A stretch of 64,000 nucleotides of DNA from Strigamia acuminata. Lineage: Eukaryota. Positions 25,989 through 39,044 of the stretch are shown here, in pieces. Made by a program: the position numbers and the translations under genes. The stretch covers positions 16,492,001-16,556,000 of the forward strand of contig OX442314.1 in the NCBI GenBank assembly GCA_949358305.1, given 5' to 3'. Within the stretch, counting starts at the first letter, position 1, and each line of letters opens with the position of its first letter. Below the pieces are notes generated by a model. That model did no database searches, had not been told where the DNA came from, and saw only the letters and a program-made list of their open reading frames with translations.

Positions 25989-28585
25989 TTATACAATTTG
26001 TTTTGACGGAGACTTGATTCGTCGTTTATGTGGCTTTTTCGGTTTGGTGTGTTGGGTGGTTACATCTGGTGCTGCAGACTGCGAGTGGTGTCCTACAGGC
26101 TCGTCTGGTGGGTTAGGAGCGTCGTCAGAGAGAGCAGGAGCTTGTGTTGTGTGATCAGGGGGTATTTCTATAACTTCTACTGCTGGGTGATTACTAGTTA
26201 TTTCTATAACTTCTATTGCTGGGTGATTACTAGTTATTTCTAAAACTTCTAATGCTGGCCGACTACTGGTTATTTCCACAACTTTATCAGTTAACTGATT
26301 ATTGGTTATTTCTATAACTTCTACTGCTGGCTTATGAGTTATGTCTATAACTTCTATTGCTGGCTGACTACTGGTTATTTCTATAACTTCTACTGGTGGC
26401 TGATTACTGGTTATTTTATTAACTTCTATTGCTGGCTGATTAGTGGTTATTTCTATAACTTCTACTGGTGGCTGATTACTGGTTATTTTATTAACTTCTA
26501 TTGCTGGCTGATTAGTGGTTATTTCTATAACTTCTACTGGTGGCTGATTACTGGTTATTTTATTAACTTCTATTGCTGGCTGATTAGTGGTTATTTCTAC
26601 AACTTTATCATTTAACGGTAACTGATTATTGGTTATTTCTATAACTTTTTCTGCTGGCTGATTACTGGTTATTTCAAGAACTTCTACTGTTGGCTGATGG
26701 GTAGGTATTTCTATAACTTCTATTGCGGGCTGATTACTGGTTATTTCCACTACTTTATCAGGTAACTGATTACTGGTTATTTCCACTACTTTATCTGTTA
26801 GCTGATTACTGGTTATTTCTATAATTTCTACTGCTGGGTGATTAGTAGTTATTTCTAGAAACTCTATTACTGGGTGATTACTGGTTATGTCTATAATTTC
26901 TACTGTTGGGTGATTAGTAGTTATTTCTAGAAACTCTATTGCTGGGTGATTACTTGTTATGTCTATAATTTCTACTGGGTGATTACTGGTTATTTCTAGA
27001 AACTCTGTTGCTGGCTGATTATTGGGTAATTCTCTAAGTCCTAGTGCCGGCTGATCATTGAAAAATTCTCTAAGTCCTAGTCCTGGCTCATTACTGGTTA
27101 TTTCTAGAGACTCTGTTGTTGGCTGATTATTGGGTAATTCTCTAAGTCCTAGTGCTGGCTGATTATTGGGTAATTCTCTAAGTCCTAGTGCTGGCGGATT
27201 ACTGGTTGTTTCTAGAAACTCTGTTGCTTGCTGATTATTGGGTAATTCTCTAAGTCCTAGTGCTGGCGGATTACTGGTTATTTCCAGTACTTTTACTGCT
27301 GACTGACCTTTGGTTGTGTCAAGAAGTTTTGTTACTGGGTGATGAGTGGTTGGCATTCCTGTTCCATGTGATGACCAAACACCATTCAGCGTTCTTGAAA
27401 ATAATGGAGGATGCGAAGTAATAGTTTGTAATTTTACTGCTTCTGTTACTTGGACATTTTTTGTCGAGTGGACTCCTGTGCGTATTGTTGAAGATTCTTT
27501 AGAAATGGCAGCTCCAGGTTGGGGTGTTTTTGGTTTACCGTCAGCTGTAGGCTGAGTGACCACTGCAGGAAGTTGATTGATAGTTGCCAGTTTTTCAGTA
27601 ACCACTACAGCAGGTTGATTGCCAGTTGACAGTTTTTCAGTAACCACTACAGCAGGTTGATTGACAGTTGACAGTTTTTCAGTAACTACTACAGCAGGTT
27701 GATTGACAGTTGACAGTTTTTCAGTAACTACTACAGCAGGTTGATTGACAGTTGCCAGTTTTTCAGTAACCACTGTAGGAGGTTGATCGATAGTTGCCAG
27801 TTTTTCAGTGACTACTGCAGGAGGGTTAGTGGCAGCTGTAGGTTGTGTTATTGGTTTTGTTTGAAGTGGTATTGGTTTAGCAGGTGCACGAGTGGCTTGA
27901 CGGACTTGTGGATTTGGTATAAGAATTGGTTTTGTAGGTTTGGTTACAGGTTTTCGTCTGTTGTGTGCATTTTTATTTTTCGGTTTTGTTGTTGTTGTTG
28001 TTGTTGTTGTTGTTGCCGGTAGAAGAGGCGTTGGTGATGCCGAATTTTCTGTTTCTTGTGGAACTTTAAACTGGTCGAGTCTTCTGTGATCGAGAACGCC
28101 TTGTTCTGAAACAATAGTAAATAAGACAAGACTTGGAAAAATTGTCAAATAATATGCACTTTTGAAAAAAGTTTGGACAAACTCAACAGCACAAGATGCT
28201 GCGTTTGTCTTGCACTTATCAAAAGAGAATTTCGGAACAAACTTTCGTAATATTTGTATCCTGGCGCTTTTCTGAAGGTCTCGTCTCCTTGAATGTACTT
28301 GTAGTTAAATCCTTTCCCTTCCAACCAAGTTTCGTCTGCTTCTGAGAACTTTTTGTCGTACTGTCGACATTTTGTCGCTTTGAAGGCAATGGACCAGCAT
28401 TCACTTCGCATTTGACAGTTGATAATACATTGAATGACCACCTGCTTTTGTTGGATGTTCAAGGGCTGAGCTGTTGGCATAACATCTTCGTAGAGCAAGC
28501 GCATGTTTCTGTTGGCTACCTGTCCGTGTGTCATAACTCCAAATGTGATATAAATACACAGTATCAATAAAACTCCTAGCTTCAT
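25989..28585 (-). CDS. Secreted PAN/apple-like domain protein with long Thr/Pro/Glu/Ile/Val-rich tandem repeats (~820-840 aa)
   Basis: Exon 1 begins at 28585 with the signal peptide MKLGVLLILCIYITFGVMTHG and a C-x3-C-x5-C-x9-C core. A phase-1 GTTTGT donor at 28242 (or 28182) joins acceptor TTTCAG at 28106. Exon 2 (28105-25989) is fully open. A probable 5'UTR exon ends at 28847 (GTAAGT). Confidence 0.8.
26160..27290 (-). repeat. Coding minisatellite, 36-bp unit (12 aa: TSNQPAIEVIEI / NNQPALGLRELP variants)
   Basis: Roughly 30 degenerate units. A near-identical 72-bp dimer recurs about 3 times at ~26370-26600. Confidence 0.9.
27560..27820 (-). repeat. Coding minisatellite, 42-bp unit (14 aa: NQPAVVVTEKLSTV)
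   Basis: About 6 tandem copies are visible in both DNA and translation. Confidence 0.9.
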
Positions 28586-29290
28586 TCTGTTGATGTCATT
28601 AACGATAAATGGGCCAGATATTATATTCTATAAAAAAAAATAAAGCTGTATGTTTAATGGAATTGAGTAATGCGTCGTTAAAAATGGCAACAATTTTTTT
28701 GTTTTGTTGTCAAGTTACATTTGAGATGGGAAGAATGTTTAAAAAATTTCATACCGTTTGTCGCTAACCGTTTACAGTTTGCTGGCAAGAAATGTATAAG
28801 TTGTGGAAGAAAACTTCTGATTTGTCACTGCAAAAGTTGAACTTACCTGTAGTTCCGGCTAACGAATGTGGCAATTGATCTAAAAAATGCAGCTCCACTC
28901 TTCAAAGTGGCCACTTACTTCTCAGGTGATTGTAGCTCACATGACTATTGTTTTTTGAATCAAATATCATATGATTGCGTTGGAAGTTGGAATTTTTAAA
29001 TGGAAATAAAGTGTTCACTTGCGAAGAGAATGTTAGATATTTGGAAATGATTTCTCGGTTATATTTAGTTGGGTTTATTATTTTTCTATGTGGAATGGAT
29101 TTTTGGGGGATTTTTTTTGTGGAAAATTTTGAGAGAATATTCAAAACATGTAATGTGAATCAAAATGAATAATTGTCAATCGTAAAAATTGACGTAAATT
29201 GTTTTGATTTGAATTACATTTTGGCGAGGAACTTTAAGGTTTGGTGTGTATATTTATTTCACATTTACATGACCGGTTAGTACATTTTTT

Positions 29291-32200
29291 TTACAGTTCA
29301 ATATGACCAGTGTGCATCTTGAATGTCTTATCGTTTGGTTTCGTTCTGTACTTCTTTTCTGCGTCTAAGAAAACATAATTAAATACAATATTAGAAATTG
29401 TTCTGCACGATGATTCAATTTGGAGTTAAACCTGGAACAGGTTCGTTAGGCTTATCCTCCGTGTCTTTAACTTGGTCGTCATCAATGAATTTTAAATAGT
29501 CAAAACCAGGTAACCTTGGTTTCCAATCACCCTTGGGTAGAAAACCTAACATATTGAAGAATAAAACGGTTTAGTTTTAATTTTAATAAATTATACGAGG
29601 TTGGCGCCATACTGCCGTGGGGTGGCAAAAACAGGAAGTATAAAGTGTAGAAATTCTTGAACTTCAAATGTGTATGATTATTTTTACCGGTGGGTTTTTG
29701 GGTTCTTTTTTCGATGTTCTTTAACCATTCCATGAAAAATGGGTTTGATGTATTCCAGTCATCTTTTGGATAAATGTAGAAGCATTCCTAAAACAATTAA
29801 ATTTGTGCTTAAAAAATGCAAAAAATTAGACATGAATAATTCTAACAAACTTTGCTATGATCAATAACGAGAATTGAAAATGAGAGTTTAATTACACTGC
29901 TTGTAAGATAAGCAGAATAAATACTTCTGCCGAGTGCTTCACTTCTGTTGACAAGGAAAAAATATGAAGACATTATTATGTGCTAAATAAATTACTCTAC
30001 TCACACGTCCAACCAGACAAAATTAAAATGTGACTTCCTTTTGCGAGATAACAGTTCTCCTAATGAATAATAAACGTCTTGCGTGTCACTAACGTTTCTA
30101 AAGAGTATAACGAGAGGTTTTTTTGTTTTTTGAATTTGGGCAAAATTAGTTGCTGTTAATTTGGGCTGGAAATGTGAAATGGATTAATATTTGATTTTTA
30201 AATTTAAAGATGGAAACTACTTACAAATATTTCAAGAGGAGATGTGCGTATGAATTTGAGAAGGTTTTTGTAATTGAATGGTGTCTCCATTATCTCATAT
30301 TTGTGAAATGAGTCCATTGGTCTGAACGTGATGGCAAATGGTAGTTTTAGAGAGTAGTTTTTAATGCTTGTGTGTCAAAATGTCATTGATTTATTATATG
30401 GTCACGATACGCACGAAAAACATAAAATGAATAATTACATTTCGATGCAAACGAAAGCATTGCACAATCCTAATGAGATTTTTCCGTGCTGGGACACGCT
30501 AACTTGGTCTACTGTGTCGTTGGCTGTAAAATAAAGTAGATAGAATCATTAAAAAATAAATGTTCTACGATTTACAACTTAATTTTAGGAACATACTTTT
30601 GCTATCATTGATCAACCCAATTAAAACAACTGCTGGTAATTTTATTGTCTGATTTTCTTCAGTATAAGGAGTGTCACCAGATATAAACGATGTAACTTGT
30701 TGCGAATTATTCAGCAAAGTTGGATTGGGTGTCTGATAGCTGACAAAAAAGATTATTTACGATATAAAATATTTTATCTTGATAAAGTTTTTGCTATTTT
30801 TAGTGTTTTTTAAACAGAATGGACACTGTTTTGCACGGACGGGACAAAATATTGTTATTTTTTCGAATTTTGATGGTTTGGGTGGTGCGTGTTTATGAAA
30901 CCAAAACATTATCGCAATTACTTATAAGTTTCATTAATATTTTGAAACGTTTACAATACATTCACAGAATTGCAGTGAAGTATTGGTGATGATTTGCGTG
31001 TGCATGCACAGTTCAAAAAATTATTTGTCTGGACTTTTCAGCGATTTCTTTTTACTGGACACGTCGCTTTATCCAGTGTTCAGACTACCGGTAATAGGAT
31101 TAGGGAGCGAATTTAACATTCCGCAGGTTATTGGTTGAGATTGGGCCCCATCAAACCTGTCCGGATGGCGCTATGTCTGGACCACACAGAGTACACACTT
31201 TACTTGAGCCAACTTAGAAACTTGTTATGTGAATGTTTTGGAAAACCGGTAAACATAGAGATCTAAATTTCTCATTAGAAAGTAGGTAAGCATTCGTTTA
31301 GATGTCTTTTGCAGATCTTTCAGTTGCTCCCTATAAACCCCTGTGGTCTGTTCTCTAGAGTCCAGATAGTTGTTACGAAGTCTTTCAAAAATCAAATCTC
31401 GGATATGGAGGAAGCTTTTCCAATGCAGCCTAGGGAGTCCCATAGCACTTAGGACAGGGGAGCTCATGAATATTCAGAAATGACATTTTGTAACAAACAA
31501 AAAAAACCATTTGCAGACGGACAAATGCATTTTTGTTAGAAATAAATTCATTTTGAGCTGGAAATTTGGATTTTGTTGCAAATCAATGCATTTTCGGGTG
31601 AAACAATGCGTTTTAATGTGAAAAAAAATGCATTTTTGGACAAAAAAATGGCGCATACACTCAGAGCACACTGCAATAAGGGCCCCCCGAGCTTATCATA
31701 AGTAACAAACATTACAGATATGTGGTGAGCAATAAATGTCGATCTTTTAGTGGGCCTTGATACAAGTTCGCTTTTCCTGCTGTATGAATACGAATCGTGG
31801 GGTAGGAAGTAATATTAGCAATGCTGCACACGTCAGTCCACTCAAAACAGTCAACTCGATAAAGTATAGTTTGAAATTCCGGTTGTGTCTTGAGCAATTT
31901 CGATAAAACCCGAAGCGCTATTTGAGATACAGTATCCCCTTAAAATAATAATTAATTATTAGTCGAAAAAACGTGTACCATGTTATCAGATCTTACAGTG
32001 TAAATAGTAAAGAATCACGCTAGTTTTTTTCTTCTTCATAAGACTCGGATAAGTTTGATCCGTTAGTTGTTGAACTTGGTTAGTGACATCGCTGTTTTCT
32101 AACTGATATTTATGAAGGTATTTGGCCACTTCGTCATCTTGTTGTAGTTCATCTGAAGTAGAAAAAATGGCAAAAAACAGTATGACCATCACGTCTTGGT

Positions 32201-35200
32201 CAATTTATAGCCCTAAATTGATTTATAGTAGGAGAAGTAATTGATTTACCTAGTTGAGCGGGAGATTCACTGCTTTGCTGGATAACTCCTACTTCGTGCG
32301 GTTGATTTAAAGAGTAACGAAGTTGGTCCATGATGAAGTTATACGCATTGTCGTATTCGTTCATTATAACGAGTTTTTCCTGTAGCATTATTACAACGAT
32401 TAATAATACTTGACAGAATAACACGCCGTGCACATTTACGTGCCTGGCCATGTGTTTTGAATCCAACTGCCGGTAACTTCAGATTCTCTATGTTAAATCC
32501 CGTTTTTCTTAGAACTTCTTCGGAGATTTCATTCCTTGTGATGAAAATTTCATTAGGAAAACAAACCAGTGCTTCAGTATTTACAAAAACAACAACAAGT
32601 TTTAATTTTTTTATTGTAGATTTTTTTAAATTTTTAATGGTTTCTGTCATCCGAGGGGATAATGTAAATATTTAACGAACACTAATGTAAATTTTTAACG
32701 GCTTACTCGAAGCATGAAAGGTGCATTTTGTTAAAAGATATTTCTTACTTACACATTGACTCCTAGAACACCCACAGTCCCTTTAAACCACACTCCTATT
32801 GTTGGAGCAAGCATTTGCACATTTTCTTTCGACGAATCATCGTAAACAAAATAAGCTGAATGCAGTTTGAATCGTTCGTAATCATCAACGGATATTTTAT
32901 TACTGCTTTTTGGAATTATTACCTTCGAACAAAAACAATTTAACGGTGTAATGGGTTTCTTTTTTTCTTTCCATTATCCGCCCATTTGCTTTTTTCGATT
33001 TTGCTTCAAACTTACCCAATCTGGTAAAGAGATGGTTTGTAAAAATTGCAGAAATGGTTTCCTTTCTATTGGATGTCGGTAGTTAGATTGCGGGCAATCT
33101 TCCAAAGAATTTCGCTCTATTCGGGCGCAATGTAACACCCAAACTGCAGGTTCCTCCAATATTCCATTCGATTCGCCCTCGTTTTGTAGGCGTCTAGTAA
33201 AGAATATAAATTGCGTGAGATTTGGTCGTTTTTTTCAAGTCGGGGAATGAATATACAGATAAATGAAGTGCAATTTGTTTGTTGCTGTAAATCTTTTTTC
33301 GTCGAATTGTACGAGTGAATATTTGTTTAGCTCGTACTTAAGAACTAACTCTTTTTCGGACCCAGGAAGCCCCAAAATTTATTACGGAGTACTTTATGCG
33401 ATTAAACAGATTAGAAGAAAGTGTAAATTATTCAGATAAATATTTCCAGGAGCTGTCAGCGAGTAATTTCAGTTTGTTTTTAAGTGTACGGGATCTACAG
33501 CTGATTGCTTTCCACTTATCTTAACATGAATTATTAATTTTTCTTAATGTAGTTTGAGTTAGATCAAATTATTGTATAATACCTTAAACCAATAACAGCT
33601 ACTTCACTTGTTGTCAAAGCAAATAGGAAGTTATTTAAATTCATAAAAGCCGCTTCAATGAAAATTCTGTGCTCTGTAATATATCAATTTTTTTTTATGT
33701 AGTAAAAAGTTAAGTTATTCGATATGGAATTTACTCAACAGGAAAAATAACATCAATAAGAGGATAAAAAGAGATTTAATAACAAAATCTCTTTATTCAA
33801 TAGAGAATCATGTTGAAACGCTATAAGTGCACGATTTAATTTATCAAATTCTCCGTGCACCTGTGTTCTGCTAATACGTTAAAAAATGGCTGTTGCCATG
33901 GATACAAACCGTGAGTTCCTAAAATCCTTTGGAAAGTAAAGATGATGGAGCATTTTCCTTTACAGTGAGATTCTAATTGCTGTCTTTCGTTGAGCTGCTG
34001 AATTATTGGAACGCTTTGTATTAAAGTTAAACTGAAAACAAAAGATTGAATGGTTGAAAAAATGGTGAACAAGTGATGGAAAAGTGTGAAACGTTGCACA
34101 TTTTTGATTGTGTTAGTTTCTGGATTTTAGATTCTGGATGAATTAGATTATTTTCAATGTGAAATATTGATTTCCTATTCTGAACAAATGTGTCATTCAT
34201 ACGCAACATATTTTCATAGAGAAAATTTACTATTTCCTTTAGGAAATTTGCAATTTTGTAAATTGCCGTTTTACGAAATGTGTTTTGTGTTTGTAAATAG
34301 CCAACTGTAGCCTTAACTTTTTCATCGTTTTCTATTTCCAAGTGAAATAATGTTTTGTTTGTAATGCATTTTCATTCACGGATAGGAAATGTCATCATTT
34401 TTTACTTTCGAATTACTGTATGCAACAAAATAGTTTTCATTCAAATCGGAGCCAAGAAAGATTTCAAAAATCATTTTTAGAAAAAATTATTGTATGTAAT
34501 TTCCAATCCATTGAAAACTTCATATTTCATAAATAATTGTGGATTTAATGTTTTTTTTTTTTGTTTTTTTTTTTTTAATGGGATATAAACAATAAAGGTT
34601 TTCGGCACATCAGACCATTCTTCAGGCGGTTTTATGTTTGCAATCAAATTGTTAGCTCTCGCTCACACTCTTGATTGCAAACCTCAAACAGCAATCAGAT
34701 TAGGGTGGCCAGGTGTACTGCATTTGGTAGGGAAGGCTTGCATTTTACGAGTTTGTCCTTAAAAAAATTTAATACTGCAAAGTCCTTTTTTTACTGGTTG
34801 ATCTGTAGTGCACCGCAATTCTTATATAAAATTCAGATTTAACAAACAGAAATTTCCTGTGAAATCTATACGTGCAATTTATAAATTATAAGTGATTGCT
34901 AAAATCGAATTTCGCAATGGCTTTAACTATATCTATCTGTGTAATATCGTGTAATCATTTTGTCTGGTGACTGGACCAACACTCAATGCACTTTAGCGTT
35001 AAATTTAGCGAATTAGATGGTTTTCTCTGTATTGTGACTCAACAGTGTTTTTCCAGGCTAGAAGTGTTAACTCAATTTACTTCACATCAGTCTCATGATC
35101 TCTAGAGCCTAGAATCATCATTTATTATTAACACAGTTGCAAAAGTTTAAAAACTAAAAACGAAATTGCTATTTCAAATTTGCAAAGCAATCACCACCAC

Positions 35201-38200
35201 GCCGCATTTAGCTGAGCTTCAAACATGGCGTCATGTTGATCGCTAATTAATTACTTTTTAGTTTAAATTGCAAATAATGATTGCAAATCGGTTTAAGCCA
35301 TCGTTTTAAAGTACTTGAACATTTAGAAATTATTATTTCTGGCACAATATTTATTTGCTGAAATAGTCTAAACGTGAGTGGCGTGCGAGAGTTTTAACAA
35401 AGTTATATTGAAGATGATGTTTATTTTATGTGTTCGATCAATACTTAACGTTTATTTGAAACGTGTTGACAAAAATCAGAAATCTTACTCCAGTTTCTGT
35501 CGAAGCGAAAATTATTTATCTGGCTGAGATTTCCTAGGATGTGGTTAGAATATCGGATTGCAAAGTCTCGAACTATAAAAAGATTTCACGAGAATAGTCG
35601 GATAGAACAGCTGTTCGCCTCCTTTGTTAAAACAACAATTACTACGTTAACTGGCCGCAAAGGTTCAGCCGGATCAAATAGTCCCAGTCGGTTTGACACT
35701 GAGAATTCTTTGATCTGTGAACATCGTTCGTAAGGACGTAAAAACTCGCGTGCACACGTGTCAGGTGTAAAACTTTAAGCAGATTTTAAATAATGTAACA
35801 TTGCAACAGAAAATTCTTATTTCACATTTTTCTTGCATTTACGGTCCCCTTAAATCTTGTATTTTTTTTTAAAAAAATGTGTAAACAGCTAAGCTAGGAC
35901 TAAACTATATCTTTACAGCCACCACGAATTAATTGCGACCACGCAGAAACATTAATTTAAGTTAATTTAAGGAGTTGACTTAGACAGGAAAAGTTAAGCC
36001 TCTCTTCTGGAATAAAAATGGCTAAATAAAATACGAGGTGGCGGTGCTAAGTTATTGATTTGTAGTCAAGTCACAACACAGGAAACCAGTTTTGGTTTAG
36101 AGAATAAATATATATATAGGGTAGTAATTTTTTTTAATAGTTTTATTCGGGAAATTGGAAAGAGAGAGAAGGAAAACTTACTGCAATGCACTTGAAACTA
36201 TAGAATTGGAATCATACAATGTTTCCAAAGGCAGTGCTATTTTTTCAATCTTTTTTCTGAATATAAAAAGAAAAGAAATGTTGATTAGATGCTATAAAAA
36301 ATTTATAGGTATTTTATAAATGAAATTAATTTTATCAAACCTAAATCCATAAACAAATTGTTCATTCGCTTGATCATCGTTGCAATATTTAATTTTTGCT
36401 TTTATTGATTGGCAGAGAACCTGCAAATTTAATTTAAGATTTTTTATTTTTACAAATATTTTTAAAAATTTATATTTTTATATAATCATTCGTGTTTTAA
36501 ATTAATTAATAAGTGCTTGTTATTATGGAATAAATATTTATGTTGGTGATCGTTTTAATGATCAAAACATCATGTACCATGTATTAAAACGTCACTTCAG
36601 ACGTCGTGCATTACTTGACTAGATGTTACTGGGCTAATGCGGACTTTTGCTTGATAGAACCTTAAGACCTTAATGCGTTGCACTGATTCTCTTTTCAATA
36701 AGCATAGTGCTCCCACAAGGTCGATTTAAGGTGTGAAATCAAGGATGTTGTTCTACATCCTTGGTAAAGTCAAGAAATTAAGCAGCAAAGTTTTTTTTAG
36801 ACTCGAACTAAACTTTTAAAACATTTTATTCCGAAAAAATGCAAAAGATAATTGAAAAAAGAAATACGAACGTCAATGAAAACTGGGATTATTCGGTATA
36901 AGAACTAACGTAATTAAAAATTTATCATTTACGTTCACGTTTGCGCGAATGATGTCATTCGGGTATAAATTTTTAAAATATTCTCAGGTTTTAGAGCAAA
37001 TTTAATTTTCTTTTGTTTGTAATGATAATAGAGCGAATTATTAATATTAGTTTTGAATTTCACTAATCTTAACGGTTAAAAGTGCTGAAAAATTAATTCC
37101 TTTTAAAAGTTTAGGCGGAAATCTTTTCATTTGAAAATGTTTTTAACGCAACTTCCGAATTTGCTGCTTTATATTGACCAATGCAACACTTTTAGCTGAC
37201 TCTGTCGAACGTTCGAGCGATCGTTCCATCATTAATCGGTGCCTAAGGACTAGCAACGAGATGAGTTGGATTTTCGGCTTTGCGTTGCGTTGTCGGACAG
37301 CAAACATGAGACGCATAAGGCTCGCTAAGGGTTAATTTTATTTATTCAAAATTATTTTAACCTACATGGTCACACGCAAATAAAATACTAATAACTTGTG
37401 TTTTAGAAAGTGGGAAACAAATCAAGATTCAGAATTCATTGCCTACACTCCGAGTCATCTATTTTGCCAGAAACATTTTTATAGTTAGAGCAGGACAGTT
37501 ACAATTAATAACTGTGTACTAAGTAATAGGAATTTATTATAGGTGAAACATGCATAATTTTGCAGCATGCTGCAAAGTATAAAAAATGTTGGCATAAATT
37601 ACTATTATTACTACTATTACATCATCCATTTCCTCATAAACAGCCAACAATCGCTGATTATATTTATTGAACAATTGTCTTTTTTCTTTTTTTTTTTTTT
37701 TTTTTGGATAGTTTTTGAAAAACTGTCATTAAGTTGAGTACATTTTGAAAATGCCTTCAATGTAATTTGAAACATTGTCAGTAATGATGACATTAATAAG
37801 GAAAAGACATTAGGACCAAATCCTCATGAGGCTAAAATGAGATGTTTGCTTCCACACAAATAGCATATAAAAATTCACAAACTATAAAAAGTAAGTGTCA
37901 ATCGGAAAGCCAGCAGACTCATCTTGCATAGAGAATTTAATAAGAGTTTAAAAATCAGAGGCCAGCTTGTAAAATTGTTTTGTCAAAGCACGCAGGCAGG
38001 CAATACCTAAACAAATGGTTAGTGAATGAACGTGTCTGACATTTGACAGTTTTTCTATGGATGGTGTGGGGATTACAAGGATTACACAAGCGTACTTTGA
38101 GAACTTGTGAAGGTCGCTCTTGAAAAGTATTTTGGAGAGAATCAATAATTTTTTTAACAAGATTACTGCTCAATACGTTTCCAAAGAAACACTATGACTG

Positions 38201-39039
38201 GTTAAAAAGAATTTTGACGTGTTCTTTCATGGCCAGCCCAAAGTCCGGACTTAAATATTACTGATAATTTATTAACTTCATAGTCCATTGGATAGGCACC
38301 AACCTCGGAGCACTGATTAATTGTTTTGGATGGTTAATTTTTCTTTTTGAATAGAAAATTAGATTAGTTTTGAGTTTCGTGTGAAATTGTTTGAAGTTTA
38401 TTTGCGTCACGGCTTGCAGTTTTATTCATGTTTTGGCTCCATCTGTGGAGAAATCATTGTACTTACAAGTCCCAGTTTGATGCCATATGTTTTTAAATCG
38501 CCAGCGGCAAGTGCATATTCTCTCAGAAATGAGTTTACATTGGGAGTTTCCACTGCAAGATAAAGAGAAAGAGGAAATTAATTTAAACCGCTCTCATGGC
38601 AAAATTCCCCATAGGTGCAATAATTAATTTTGAACACTTTCTGTGAGAAAAATCGTAGAGTAAGAGTTAAAGTTTGTGTAAATTCTTATCGACAAGAAAA
38701 GTCGACGTCGAAAAGAGTTGAGTTAAATCAATATTTACAATTTGCGTAAGACCAAAAAGTTGAAAAAATTGTCGTGTATTTATTTTCCCCCAAGTCCCAT
38801 CATTTTTTCACAATTGACGTCATACGTCGCCCAACATTTTTTGCTCTAAATGACGCCTTACCTTCTTGTTTGAAGAACACCAATCTCACGCTCGACTCAT
38901 CAATAAAACTTTTAAAATCATCATGCGACAACGTCTCAACGGATTCGATGATGTTATTAGTTAATGATTGATGGAAACATGTGAAAATAACCACAATTAA
39001 AGCGAATGATGGAGCGCAGTTGACAAAGGCAACCATCAT
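29291..39039 (-). CDS. TXNDC16: Thioredoxin domain-containing protein 16 (ERp90-like, non-catalytic PDI family)
   Basis: Signal peptide, then segments FLREYALAAGDLKTYGIKLG, EHRIFIEAAF..FLFALTTSE, LQQDDEVA, YRVDCFEWTDVCSIANITSYPTIRI and WKPRLPGFDYLKFID, which align with TXNDC16. The examined Trx site reads WDTVS rather than WCxxC. Ends ...HTGHIEL*. Confidence 0.88.
31455..31690. mobile_element. Degenerate MITE-like element with internal ~21-bp repeats in a TXNDC16 intron
   Basis: Ends CAGGGGAGCTC... and ...GGGCCCCCCG form a weak inverted pair. About 7 internal AAATGCATTTT-like units. No clean TSD. Confidence 0.4.
34701..34800 (+). mobile_element. Isolated hAT (Blackjack-like) terminus
   Basis: TAGGGTGGCCAG resembles hAT-Blackjack-type TIRs (TAGGGTGRCCAG). 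The matching right end could not be confidently located. Confidence 0.4.
37745..37935 (-). pseudogene. Decayed hAT/ZBED-type transposase fragment in a TXNDC16 intron
   Basis: Minus-strand fragments LLAFR..., ILAS*GF..., INVIITDNVSN then (+1 frameshift) LKAF resemble the hAT catalytic segment (..WGI..K..I.TDNGSN..KAF). Confidence 0.5.
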
Positions 39040-39044
39040 GAACT

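Noticed and set aside
26028..26615. Plus-strand ORFs rich in Y/F/W/C (26028-26243, 26334-26615)
   Set aside because: They are antisense shadows of the minus-strand coding minisatellite.
26160..27290. 36-bp periodic array as a possible CRISPR array
   Set aside because: Units are contiguous with no unique spacers, lie in an open coding frame, and the context is eukaryotic.
28214..28222. ATAAGT as a non-canonical splice donor in the PAN-repeat gene
   Set aside because: Wrong phase for the acceptor at 28106, and in-phase canonical GTTTGT donors exist at 28242 and 28182.
31225..31467. 80-aa minus-strand ORF inside a TXNDC16 intron
   Set aside because: Does not fit the TXNDC16 exon chain and lies among repeat relics. 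No recognisable domain.
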